DNA of 52,625 nucleotides from Candidatus Sumerlaeota bacterium (GTDB taxonomy: Bacteria > UBP6 > UBA1177), in assembly GCA_007132725.1 (NCBI GenBank), contig SLOD01000084.1:1-52625 (forward strand), written 5' to 3'. Numbering within the stretch: position 1 is the stretch's first letter; every line of letters starts with the position of its first letter. Below are positions 9,123 to 18,181 of this stretch, in pieces. The notes below the pieces were generated by a model. The model did not search any database. It worked only from the letters and a program-made list of their open reading frames with translations, and was not told the DNA's origin. Position numbers and translations under genes: made by a program.

Positions 9123-9157
9123 TTCTCAAACCTTTTCTTTTTCCAACACCCTCTAAC

Positions 9158-9250
9158 AAACAGGGTATCATACTTTCGGGTTTGTAATAATTCAATTTTT
9201 TAGAATCAATTATAGATTTTATTTCAAAAATCAGGTATGATTCCCTGTTT
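9158..9250. repeat. 16-bp inverted repeat (15/16 match) containing the -10 hexamers of the divergent mglA and purB promoters
   Basis: AAACAGGGTATCATAC (9158-9173) versus GTATGATTCCCTGTTT (9235-9250), 61 bp apart. Confidence 0.8.
9167..9195 (-). promoter_or_regulatory. sigma70-type promoter for mglA
   Basis: Minus strand TTGAAT (9195-9190), 17-bp spacer, TATGAT (9172-9167). Confidence 0.6.
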
Positions 9251-9282
9251 TTTGCAATGGAAACCTTACCGGAGACAGCAAT

Positions 9283-10656
9283 ATGAGTGAAATAACGAAT
9301 CTTTCGGTTCTTGATGGAAGATACTGCCATCAAACAGAAGAGCTTAAAGAAATCTTTTCCGAGTACGGACTGATAAGCCACAGAGTCTTTGTTGAAATTG
9401 AGTGGCTTAAATTTATTCTGAACGATCTGGGCTTTATGCCTCTTACAGAAGAGGAAACCGAGTCTGTTTCTGCCATTTGTTCCGGATTCAACAGGGAAAG
9501 TGCCTTGATGGTCAAGCAAATTGAAAAAACGACAAATCATGATGTCAAAGCTGTCGAATACTATATTAAGCAGCAACTTGAAAACAGAGGACTTTCCAAA
9601 ATAAAAGAATGGGTACATTTTGCATGTACTTCTGAGGATATAAACAATGCTTCCTATGCTTTAATGGTTAAAAAAGGAAGAGCGATCCTTATTCGATTTA
9701 TGGAGGAACTGCTTGAAAAAATAGAAGGTTTAGGAAAACTTTATAAAAACATACCCATGATGGCAAGAACTCACGGACAGCCGGCAACGCCTACAACTGC
9801 GGGAAAAGAGTTTATAAATTTTGCACAAAGGATCCAAAGAGAACTTTTAATTTTAAAAAAATGCCAAATAGAATGTAAGGTCAATGGGGCAACTGGTTGT
9901 TTTAATGCACATTTTTTCGTAAAACCCGAATTTGACTGGATTAAAGCCTCTGAAAATTTTGTCTGCAACAAACTTCACCTTTCTCCCCTGCTTTGGACCA
10001 CACAGATCAATAATTATCATTATCTGTCCGAGTTGTTCCATGTGCTTATAAGAATCTGTGGCACCCTCATTGACCTTGACCGTGATATGTGGGGCTATAT
10101 TTCAATAAACTATTTTAAACAAAAAACCATCGAGGGAGAAGTGGGATCTTCGACTATGCCCCACAAAGTAAACCCGATAGATTTTGAAAACAGCGAGGGA
10201 AATCTCGGCATAGCGACTTCAATACTTGAACATTTAGCTCTTAAACTGCTTTGCTCAAGATTTCAAAGAGATCTGACAGACTCAACGGTTCTCCGTAACA
10301 TCGGGGCAGCTTTTGGGTACTTTCTTATCGGAATAAAGAGTTCTCTTAAAGGACTTTCAAAAATCGATCTTAATGAAAAGTTGCTTGAGCAGGATCTTGA
10401 AGAAAACCTTGCTCTTCTTGCAGAACCTATACAAACGGCAATGAGAATTTACGGAGAAGAAAATCCTTATGAAAAACTTAAAGAACTCACAAGAGGTAAA
10501 AAAATAGACAGAGAGTCTTATGTTTTATTTATAGAGTCTCTTCAAAATATTCCTTTGGAGATCAAGCAGAAAATGAAAGAGCTTTCCCCTTCAAAATATA
10601 CAGGACTTGCAGAAAAACTTGTAGATCTTTATTTTTACAAAAAAAAAGAACGCTGA
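9283..10656 (+). CDS. purB: adenylosuccinate lyase (E. coli-type)
   Basis: LDGRY, TNHDVKAVEY, HFACTSEDIN, RTHGQPATPTT, GSSTMPHKVNPIDFENSEGN, SRFQRDLTDST. Confidence 0.97.
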   Translation: MSEITNLSVLDGRYCHQTEELKEIFSEYGLISHRVFVEIEWLKFILNDLGFMPLTEEETESVSAICSGFNRESALMVKQIEKTTNHDVKAVEYYIKQQLENRGLSKIKEWVHFACTSEDINNASYALMVKKGRAILIRFMEELLEKIEGLGKLYKNIPMMARTHGQPATPTTAGKEFINFAQRIQRELLILKKCQIECKVNGATGCFNAHFFVKPEFDWIKASENFVCNKLHLSPLLWTTQINNYHYLSELFHVLIRICGTLIDLDRDMWGYISINYFKQKTIEGEVGSSTMPHKVNPIDFENSEGNLGIATSILEHLALKLLCSRFQRDLTDSTVLRNIGAAFGYFLIGIKSSLKGLSKIDLNEKLLEQDLEENLALLAEPIQTAMRIYGEENPYEKLKELTRGKKIDRESYVLFIESLQNIPLEIKQKMKELSPSKYTGLAEKLVDLYFYKKKER

Positions 10657-10745
10657 TTTAACACAAAACTTGATTGCTGTTGAATTTTAGAGCAATTTCA
10701 AGTACAATGTTCCTTGATACTGTTTTTTTAAGTCCGGAGAAAAAG

Positions 10746-11750
10746 ATGAATAAAAAATTTTTTACAGCCCTGTTTGTATTTATGTTTGTTTTTGTTTTTT
10801 CATGTTCTTCCGAAGATATGGGGGAAGAAGTTGGCGGACCTCCTGATGACTGGGATTATGGCAATGTTGTAAGCGATGATGATCTTAAGTCTTATGATGA
10901 AGATGCTACTGAAGGCGAAAAACCGGGAGAAGAAGAAAGCCCTTCTTCTGATGAAGATGTTGAAAATGGCGAAAACGGAAATGAATTGGCCAAAGGTTGT
11001 GGAAACGAACATGTTGAGTACGAAGAAAGGTGTGACAGCCCTGTCCCTGTTGAATGCCAAAATCTCAATCCCAATATGGACGGGATTGCATACTGTGCCC
11101 ACGACTGCCTTTCTTACGATTTGTCCAGCTGTAGTTTAAAAAAGGGAATATGGGGGGTTCTTAATGTAAGGTTCCGTACTAACTTTATTCTTGACGGAGC
11201 AAAAATTTCCGACCCCGCTTATTTTAATAAGGGTTCTTTGCCTTATGCCGCTTTTGGAGCAATTTATGGAGAAGACGAAAAACAAATTCCCTCTAAAAAT
11301 CAGCGATCCCTTGTCTCTTTTGCCGTCACCTCAGATTACAAAGCAACCTTCGGAACAAAACGGCAGCTTTTTGTAAAACAGAATCCTGTTGTAGGGGGAG
11401 TCCCGGGGTTTCCCAAGCTGGAACTGGAGTTTGCTCCGGGAGGAATAAAAAAAGGAAGTGAATACAGAATAAATGCTATAAGCGTTATAGATTTTATTGA
11501 CGGTCTTTTCGGACTGGTAAGGTTCAGGCTTATTGAAAACCAGGAGGGTATAGAGTGTATAATGGGCCTGGGGTATTCCGGCTCTGTTTATATTACCGAT
11601 GTGATCCCTGAAAATGTAGATCTTTTTGAAGGTGGATCTGTCGAGGTTGTTGCCAACAATGTCATTTTCTATCATCCTGATGATATTGCAGAAATGGGCG
11701 GAGAGCCAATTCCGGAAAGTGTTCTGAACTATCCTGTCTGCACTAAATAA
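10746..11750 (+). CDS. hypothetical lipoprotein with acidic linker and myxobacterial-type Cys-rich repeat
   Basis: GGAG RBS then MNKKFF..FVFSC lipobox, D/E-rich linker, CGNEHVEYEERCD..C..C..DC..YDLSSC module, then a beta-rich domain of unknown function. Confidence 0.75.
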   Translation: MNKKFFTALFVFMFVFVFSCSSEDMGEEVGGPPDDWDYGNVVSDDDLKSYDEDATEGEKPGEEESPSSDEDVENGENGNELAKGCGNEHVEYEERCDSPVPVECQNLNPNMDGIAYCAHDCLSYDLSSCSLKKGIWGVLNVRFRTNFILDGAKISDPAYFNKGSLPYAAFGAIYGEDEKQIPSKNQRSLVSFAVTSDYKATFGTKRQLFVKQNPVVGGVPGFPKLELEFAPGGIKKGSEYRINAISVIDFIDGLFGLVRFRLIENQEGIECIMGLGYSGSVYITDVIPENVDLFEGGSVEVVANNVIFYHPDDIAEMGGEPIPESVLNYPVCTK

Positions 11751-11755
11751 AACCT

Positions 11756-13102
11756 ATGTATCACGACAGAGTAAACTTGACAATTTCAGCTTTAGCCTCT
11801 GCTCCGGGAAGCAGCATAGGTATTATCAGAGTTAGCGGGACCGACGCTTTTAAGATATCTACAGAAATATCCGGAAAAACTTCTTTTGAACACATGAAAG
11901 CATCTCTTGTAAAAATAAAAAATTCTCACGGAAAAATCATTGAGCAGTGTCTTTGTCTTCCTTTTTTCGGCCCCCACTCTTTTACCGGGGAAGATGTTGT
12001 AGAGTTTCACACCCACGGTGCAACAAAAAATGCAAAAGATATTCTACAGCTAATAAATGAATCCGGAGCTGTCCCGGCTTTGAAAGGAGAGTTTTCTTTC
12101 AGAGCGGTTTTAAACAACAAAATGTCTTTAAACGAAGGTCTTTCTCTTAACACCCTCATTTCAGCAGAAAACCCTTTATCTGTCGAGCTTTCAAGAAAAG
12201 TTTCTTTTGAAGACACTTTTGTTGAAGAATTACAGAATCAACTTAAAGAATGGGAACATTTCCATATTCTCTCCACAGCAGTAGTGGACTTTCCCGATCA
12301 AATGAACAGTGAAATTGATTCTGAAAAACTGAAAAACGCCGGGGAAAAACTGAAAAGTCTTCTCGTCTCTGTCGTTGAAAACAGCCAAAGCTACCAAAAG
12401 ATGCTTGACTTTACTGTGCTTATCCTTGGAAGACCAAATGTTGGAAAGTCAACTCTTTTCAACTATCTTCTAAAGAAAAACAGGGCTATAATTTCTTCTG
12501 ACGAGGGAACAACGCGGGACTATATTTCTGAAACCCTGTTTATAAAAGGGTTTCCTCTTAAACTTGTTGACTCTGCAGGAATAAGGAACAGCTGTTCAAA
12601 CATTGAGGCCGAGGGGGTAAAAAGGTCGCGGTTTTTGCTTCAAAATGCAGATCTGCTGCTTGTTGTTCTTGATTCTTCTTTGCCTCTTCAAAAAGGTGAC
12701 CATCAAATTTTAAAGGAAACTTCCGGCAAACCAAGGATCGTTTTATATAATAAAGCAGACTTGAACTTTGATGCTGAAAAACATAACAGATTGAATTTTT
12801 TGAAGATAAGTTCAAAAACCGGAGATGGCATAACATTGTTGCTTGAACAAATAGAGGCTTTTGTTTCAAACAACCTTCCTGATACCAATAGAGCTGTTTT
12901 TTTCTCTGACTGGCAGATGGCAACCGCCAACAAAATAATCGAGAACATTGATACTCTTCAAAATATTGCCGACACCGACCAAATTGAAATAACTTCCCTT
13001 GTAATTAAAAATATTTTTTCTGATGTTTCAAATCTATCGGGAAAAATTTCAACCTTCAACCTATATGATGAAATTTTCAGTTCTTTCTGTCTGGGAAAGT
13101 AA
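11756..13102 (+). CDS. mnmE: tRNA modification GTPase MnmE
   Basis: IGIIRVSG, PHSFTGEDVVEFHTHG, GEFSFRA, GRPNVGKS, GTTRD, DSAG, NKAD, C-terminal FCLGK. Confidence 0.95.
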   Translation: MYHDRVNLTISALASAPGSSIGIIRVSGTDAFKISTEISGKTSFEHMKASLVKIKNSHGKIIEQCLCLPFFGPHSFTGEDVVEFHTHGATKNAKDILQLINESGAVPALKGEFSFRAVLNNKMSLNEGLSLNTLISAENPLSVELSRKVSFEDTFVEELQNQLKEWEHFHILSTAVVDFPDQMNSEIDSEKLKNAGEKLKSLLVSVVENSQSYQKMLDFTVLILGRPNVGKSTLFNYLLKKNRAIISSDEGTTRDYISETLFIKGFPLKLVDSAGIRNSCSNIEAEGVKRSRFLLQNADLLLVVLDSSLPLQKGDHQILKETSGKPRIVLYNKADLNFDAEKHNRLNFLKISSKTGDGITLLLEQIEAFVSNNLPDTNRAVFFSDWQMATANKIIENIDTLQNIADTDQIEITSLVIKNIFSDVSNLSGKISTFNLYDEIFSSFCLGK

Positions 13103-13226
13103 TGGGCCTTTTCAGCGCCTTATTTTACTTTAGAGAGCTTTTGTGATATATGAATACCGAAATATTGGCTTGCCCCGTTTTTTTTGTTACAGCCAATTTT
13201 AGAAAGCCTGTTTTCATGGTGGTTTT

Positions 13227-15116
13227 ATGAAGATTTTTGATGTCACGGTAGTTGGCGGCGGACACGCAGGAATAGAGGCTGCTTTTGCAGCTTCCCGCTT
13301 AGGATCTAAAGTGCTGCTCGTCACAATGACGATAGAAAAAATCGGAGAAATGTCATGCAATCCGTCTATCGGAGGACAGGGCAAAGGTCAAATTGTCCGC
13401 GAGATAGATGTTCTGGGCGGGCTTATGGGTAGAGCCGCAGATTTTTCTGCAATACAGTACAAGGTGTTGAACCGGAGAAAAGGTCCGGCTGTTCAAGCTT
13501 TAAGGTGTCAATCAGACAAAGAACTTTATTCTTCATATATGAAAAACTTTCTTTTAAATAGAAAAAATATTTCTGTTTTTCAGGGAAAAGTCCGCAATTT
13601 TGAAGTGTGCAGCGACGGGATTTTTGTTATTAATGACGGAATGGGCCAAAAATTTAAAACAAAAACTGTTGTCTTTACCCCTGGAACTTTTCTTAATGGA
13701 CAAATTAAAATAGGGTCTCTTGTTTGTGAAGGCGGTCGTTTAGGAGAGCATTCTTCCAATACTGTTTCCGGGCAGATCCAGGAACTCGGGCACATCCCTG
13801 TGAGATTAAAAACAGGAACTCCTGTGAGAATTCTTGGGAGAACTGTTGATTTTTCAAAAATGGAAATTCAAAATGGTGAGACAGACTGTTCCCCTTTTTC
13901 TGTTCATACACAAAATATACTTCAAAAACAAATCCCCTGCTACATCACCCGCACAACAAACGCAACAAAAGAGATCGTGGAAAAAAATCTTCACTTGTCA
14001 CCTCTTTACGGCCATAATCAGTCAATAGAAGGAATAGGTCCCAGATACTGCCCTTCTATTGAAGATAAAATTGTTAAGTTTCCCTCGAGAGAGAGTCATC
14101 AGGTGTTTGTCGAGCCTGAGGGATGGAACTGTTTTGAGTACTACCCTAACGGAATATCAACCTCTTTACCGATAAATGTTCAGAAAAAGCTGCTTAAGAC
14201 CATTCCCGGTTTTGAAAACGCTGAAGTTACCAGGCCGGGCTACGCTATCGAGTATGATGCTTTTGACCCAAGAGACCTGAAAAACACTTTGGAAAGCCGG
14301 TTTGTCAGCTCCCTGTTTCTTGCGGGACAGATAAACGGAACCAGCGGGTACGAAGAAGCTGCGGCACAAGGGCTTGTGGCCGGAGTAAATGCCGCCTTAA
14401 AAGCTAAAGGGATGGATGCTGATTTCACCCTTTCCCGGACAGAATCCTACATAGGGGTACTGATCAGTGATATCACATCTACCGGTATTGACGAACCGTA
14501 TAGAATGTTTACCTCCAGAGCTGAATTCCGTTTACAGATCAGAGAAAACAATGCTCCGGAGCGGCTGTTGGAAAAAGCTTATCAATACAAACTTGTCAAT
14601 GAAAAAACTTATTGCCGGGAAAAAAATAAAATTTCTCAAATACAGACTCTAGTTAATTATCTTGACTCGGTTTTTCTGCCTCCGGATAAAAAAACAAACA
14701 CAAAACTTACAAATATTGGCGAACAACCTTTAAACAAACCTGTTTCTTTAAGTTCTCTTCTAAGACGACATTCTATGAGTCGGGAAAAACTTCAAATATT
14801 TTCTGAAAAATCTTTTGCTGTAACAGACGATATCTGGACCCGGGCAGAAGTTGAGATCAAATATGCAGGGTTTGTTCAACACGAAATAGAAGAGATCAAA
14901 AGATTGAGCAACCTTCAACAATACTCTGTTCCGGAAGACTTTTCTTATGATGACATTCCCGGACTTACAAACGAAGCGAAGCAAAAGCTCAAAAGAAAAA
15001 AGCCGGAAAATCTTGCACAGGCGGCAACTGTTCCCGGCATCACTCCTGCCGCAATATCAATTCTTATTCTTTATCTAAAACGAAAGTCCAATGAAAAAAA
15101 ACAACCCGGAAACTAA
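13227..15116 (+). CDS. mnmG: tRNA uridine-5-carboxymethylaminomethyl(34) synthesis enzyme MnmG (GidA)
   Basis: [67 protein letters not shown]. Confidence 0.98.
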   Translation: MKIFDVTVVGGGHAGIEAAFAASRLGSKVLLVTMTIEKIGEMSCNPSIGGQGKGQIVREIDVLGGLMGRAADFSAIQYKVLNRRKGPAVQALRCQSDKELYSSYMKNFLLNRKNISVFQGKVRNFEVCSDGIFVINDGMGQKFKTKTVVFTPGTFLNGQIKIGSLVCEGGRLGEHSSNTVSGQIQELGHIPVRLKTGTPVRILGRTVDFSKMEIQNGETDCSPFSVHTQNILQKQIPCYITRTTNATKEIVEKNLHLSPLYGHNQSIEGIGPRYCPSIEDKIVKFPSRESHQVFVEPEGWNCFEYYPNGISTSLPINVQKKLLKTIPGFENAEVTRPGYAIEYDAFDPRDLKNTLESRFVSSLFLAGQINGTSGYEEAAAQGLVAGVNAALKAKGMDADFTLSRTESYIGVLISDITSTGIDEPYRMFTSRAEFRLQIRENNAPERLLEKAYQYKLVNEKTYCREKNKISQIQTLVNYLDSVFLPPDKKTNTKLTNIGEQPLNKPVSLSSLLRRHSMSREKLQIFSEKSFAVTDDIWTRAEVEIKYAGFVQHEIEEIKRLSNLQQYSVPEDFSYDDIPGLTNEAKQKLKRKKPENLAQAATVPGITPAAISILILYLKRKSNEKKQPGN

Positions 15117-15735
15117 CAATGTTTCACGTGAAACATTGTTTAAGTTGTTAACCGATGCTGCCGGAGAACTCAACATACGCCTCTCCAAGGACGTCCTTCT
15201 TTCTCTTTTTCTTTTCTGGGAATTGCTTTTAAAGTGGAACGCCACCCACAACCTTACTTCTGTTACCGATACAAAAAGGGCTGTTATTCGTCATTTTGCA
15301 GACTCACTTCTGCCTCTTTCGGAAAAAAATTTTTTTGAAGAAGGAGTTTCCGTTCTCGATTTCGGAACAGGGGGCGGTTTTCCCGGAGTACCCCTTTCTG
15401 TTTGTCTGCCGAAGTGTTCTTTTTTTCTTCTTGATAAAGCCCGGAAAAAAATATCCTTTCTCAAATATGCCTCAGCTCACCTTTCTCTTTCCAATGTTTT
15501 TCCTGTATGTGGAAACTTGGTGGATATTGGCAGAAAATATGATGTCGTTGTTTCAAGAGCTGTTAACATTGAGCCGGCTTTGCAGAATAAAATAAAGACG
15601 ATCCTTGCCCCATCAGGTGTTTTTATACAGTATCTTTCTTCAAGCCAAGAACTTGCTTATGACAAAAAACTTATTTTTTCAAAAACTTATTTTTTAGCAG
15701 GGCTTAAGCGGAAACTCGCTTTCTATCAGTTTTGA
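15091..15735 (+). CDS. rsmG: 16S rRNA (guanine(527)-N7)-methyltransferase RsmG (GidB)
   Basis: [34 protein letters not shown]; lies directly after mnmG. Confidence 0.93.
   Translation: MKKNNPETNNVSRETLFKLLTDAAGELNIRLSKDVLLSLFLFWELLLKWNATHNLTSVTDTKRAVIRHFADSLLPLSEKNFFEEGVSVLDFGTGGGFPGVPLSVCLPKCSFFLLDKARKKISFLKYASAHLSLSNVFPVCGNLVDIGRKYDVVVSRAVNIEPALQNKIKTILAPSGVFIQYLSSSQELAYDKKLIFSKTYFLAGLKRKLAFYQF
15120..15135. promoter_or_regulatory. parS centromere-like site (ParB-binding)
   Basis: Perfect TGTTTCACGTGAAACA palindrome matching the universal parS consensus. It extends to a 26-bp perfect palindrome (15115-15140) and lies about 6 kb from the oriC candidate. Confidence 0.92.
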
Positions 15736-15760
15736 CTTTTTTGTTTTTTTCTGCTAATCT
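15732..15760 (+). promoter_or_regulatory. sigma70-type promoter for the hyp-purE-tsaC-MTase-ABC-F-dnaA run
   Basis: TTGACT (15732-15737), 17-bp spacer, extended -10 TGc-TAATCT (15755-15760). Confidence 0.55.
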
Positions 15761-15786
15761 TCCTGTGAATATTTGCCGGAGGCATT

Positions 15787-16290
15787 ATGCAGAAAGTTCT
15801 TGTTTTGTTTTTATTCTTTTTATTTTTATTTCCAGTATCCCCTTCTTCTTACGATATTAATTTCTTGACAAGAAAGTATCAAGGGGTAGCTATCGGACAG
15901 CTTACCCTTGCCTACAGATTGATTTCTCTTTCAACAAGCCTTGCTATTTCTAAAGCGGTAGACAAAGAGTACATCATTTCCCTGCTTGACAATGTTGATG
16001 CCACTGTTATGAACTCCAAAAGAATAATTGCTTCCAATGACAGAGATCCAGACCCGCTTACACTTGAAATTTTAAAAGGGATCGAGTTTTTTGTTACCTG
16101 TTCAAAAAATGTTAAAGAATACTCTTCCAACCAGAACTATGAAAATCTGACCAAAGTCAGAGTCTGTATTGAAAATTCTTCAAACATTATTGACAGCCTG
16201 ACAGACAACTTTAATTCCCTCAATAAAAAAGAACTTGAAAAGAAAGAAGTAGAAGAAAAAAAGTCCGAAAAAGAAAAAAGAAAACCCTGA
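15787..16290 (+). CDS. hypothetical exported alpha-helical protein
   Basis: GGAGG RBS, hydrophobic signal peptide, helical body with two Cys, K/E-rich tail. Confidence 0.7.
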   Translation: MQKVLVLFLFFLFLFPVSPSSYDINFLTRKYQGVAIGQLTLAYRLISLSTSLAISKAVDKEYIISLLDNVDATVMNSKRIIASNDRDPDPLTLEILKGIEFFVTCSKNVKEYSSNQNYENLTKVRVCIENSSNIIDSLTDNFNSLNKKELEKKEVEEKKSEKEKRKP

Positions 16291-16313
16291 ACAACTATTT
16301 AATGGAGGATGTT

Positions 16314-16799
16314 ATGGCTAAAGTTATGATTTTAATGGGTTCAGACTCCGACTGGCCTGTTATGAAAAAAAGTACTGAAATCTTAAAAAAATTCGATGTA
16401 GATTTTGAAGTAAGGGTAAGTTCCGCTCATAGAACACCTCAAAAAACAGTGGCTCTGGTTGAGAATTTTAATGGAGCATGCTTTATTATCGGAGCCGGAG
16501 CAGCAGCCCATCTTGCCGGAGTAGTTGCCGCCCACACGACAAAACCTGTTATTGCTGTTCCGATCAATGCGACACCTTTAAACGGGGTTGATGCTCTTTA
16601 TTCAACTGTTCAGATGCCTTCCGGTATTCCGGTAGCATCAATGGCAATTGACGGCTCAAAAAACGCCGCTCTTTTTGCCGTACAAATAATCGCTGTGTCT
16701 GATGAAAAAAAAAGAAAAAAGCTGGTGCAATACAAAAAAGACATGGTTACGGAAGTAAATGCAAAAGACGAAAATCTTCAAAAATCTATTTCGGAGTAA
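16314..16799 (+). CDS. purE: N5-carboxyaminoimidazole ribonucleotide mutase
   Basis: MGSDSD, SAHRTP, GAAAHLAG, PVIAVP, STVQMPSGIPVA. Start at 16314 after GGAGG. Confidence 0.96.
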   Translation: MAKVMILMGSDSDWPVMKKSTEILKKFDVDFEVRVSSAHRTPQKTVALVENFNGACFIIGAGAAAHLAGVVAAHTTKPVIAVPINATPLNGVDALYSTVQMPSGIPVASMAIDGSKNAALFAVQIIAVSDEKKRKKLVQYKKDMVTEVNAKDENLQKSISE

Positions 16800-16803
16800 C
16801 TAA

Positions 16804-17433
16804 ATGGAAATACTATCGATCGAAGAAGCCGCGTGGAAAGTCAGGAATGGAAGCGTTATAGCTTATCCTACAGAAACTATTTATGGCTTGGGAACAATAA
16901 TCTTCGAAGAAGAGCCGGTAATGAGGATCAAAAAAATCAAGGGGCTCCCTGAAAACAAACCTCTTTCTGTGCTTGTTTCCAATAATAAAACCGAAATGCT
17001 TTATGAACTTGTAGAAACATTTCTTCCTGTAGCCCAGAGACTTGCGAAATTTTTCTGGCCGGGACCATTGACCATCATACATGAATGTAAAGAAGATTTG
17101 CCCGGTTTCATAACGGGAAATACCGGTTTTGTCGGAATAAGATGTTCACCGTTTTCTTTTGTCAATAGTTTTTTAGATTTTGTCGGCCATCCCGTAGTGA
17201 GTACCAGTGCCAATCCTACAGGAGCCTCCCCGGCGACTAACTATGAAGAGATCTTTTCATATTTTGACGGAATGATCGACGGGGTTTTGATAAATGAAGA
17301 AACCATATCTTTTGATAAAAAAAACCAACCTCTGAACATTCCTTCCACAATTGTAAAAGTAGACGCTCATAATTTTGAGATAATAAGAGAGGGAGCCATT
17401 AAAAAGGATGATATCATTAGAAAAATCTTTTAA
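16804..17433 (+). CDS. tsaC: L-threonylcarbamoyladenylate synthase (YrdC/TsaC)
   Basis: YPTETIYGL, NKPL, FWPGPLT, STSAN, PSTIV, IREGAI. Confidence 0.92.
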   Translation: MEILSIEEAAWKVRNGSVIAYPTETIYGLGTIIFEEEPVMRIKKIKGLPENKPLSVLVSNNKTEMLYELVETFLPVAQRLAKFFWPGPLTIIHECKEDLPGFITGNTGFVGIRCSPFSFVNSFLDFVGHPVVSTSANPTGASPATNYEEIFSYFDGMIDGVLINEETISFDKKNQPLNIPSTIVKVDAHNFEIIREGAIKKDDIIRKIF

Positions 17434-18181
17434 AGATGCTTCTTTCGATTCTGAAGTAACTCATGATAAAATTTTCAGCGATGATATTCTGATCGCTCAA
17501 CATAAAAAAGGATACCGGTTTAACGCCGACTCCATCCTTTTATCATGGTTCATTTTTAACTCTTATAAAAACACAAAAAATATAAAGGGGCTGGAAATAG
17601 GATCAGGAACAGGAGTTATTCCGATAGTTCTTAGTAAAAGAGGAAAAGCTTTTCACATCGATTGCATAGAAATGCAGGAGGATTTGTATAAACTCTTAAA
17701 ATACAATATAGAAAATAATCATCTTTCAACATACTTAAACCCTCTTCTTTGTGATTTTAGAGTGTTTTCAAAAAACTCCGGCTCTACTTATGACATTATT
17801 TTTACCAACCCCCCCTACTTTCATGCTGGCGGAAAAATGAGCCCTGATAGTAAAAAAGCCTGCTCAAGACACGAGGTTTTGGGCAGTTTGAAAGATTTCT
17901 TTGAGCTATCTTATAAACTTCTTGCTTCAAAAGGAGTTTTCTATTTTATTTATCCTGTATCAAGAATACAGTATGCCCTTGCAAATGCTCAAGCTAACAA
18001 GCTTTATCTCAAAGAAATATGCTTTTTCCAAGAATATTCTGACACCCCCCCTTCACTGTTTGCTGCTAAGCTGACAAAAGGAGATCCGGGAGCAAGCTTG
18101 AAGTCTGATCTGGTATTATTAAGGAACCGCGACAAATCTTACACTGAAACCGGAAAAGGGATCATGTATGATATACATTGA
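17408..18181 (+). CDS. tRNA1(Val) (adenine(37)-N6)-methyltransferase-like protein (YfiC/YabB family)
   Basis: QHKKGYRFNADSILL, SAM motif EIGSGTG, NPPYF, SRHE. Confidence 0.85.
   Translation: MISLEKSFKDASFDSEVTHDKIFSDDILIAQHKKGYRFNADSILLSWFIFNSYKNTKNIKGLEIGSGTGVIPIVLSKRGKAFHIDCIEMQEDLYKLLKYNIENNHLSTYLNPLLCDFRVFSKNSGSTYDIIFTNPPYFHAGGKMSPDSKKACSRHEVLGSLKDFFELSYKLLASKGVFYFIYPVSRIQYALANAQANKLYLKEICFFQEYSDTPPSLFAAKLTKGDPGASLKSDLVLLRNRDKSYTETGKGIMYDIH

Noticed and set aside
9109-9618. Minus-strand 169-aa ORF upstream of mglA as a possible mglB
   Set aside because: It has no roadblock/LC7 features, is mostly antisense to purB, and runs through the mglA promoter; it is a shadow ORF.
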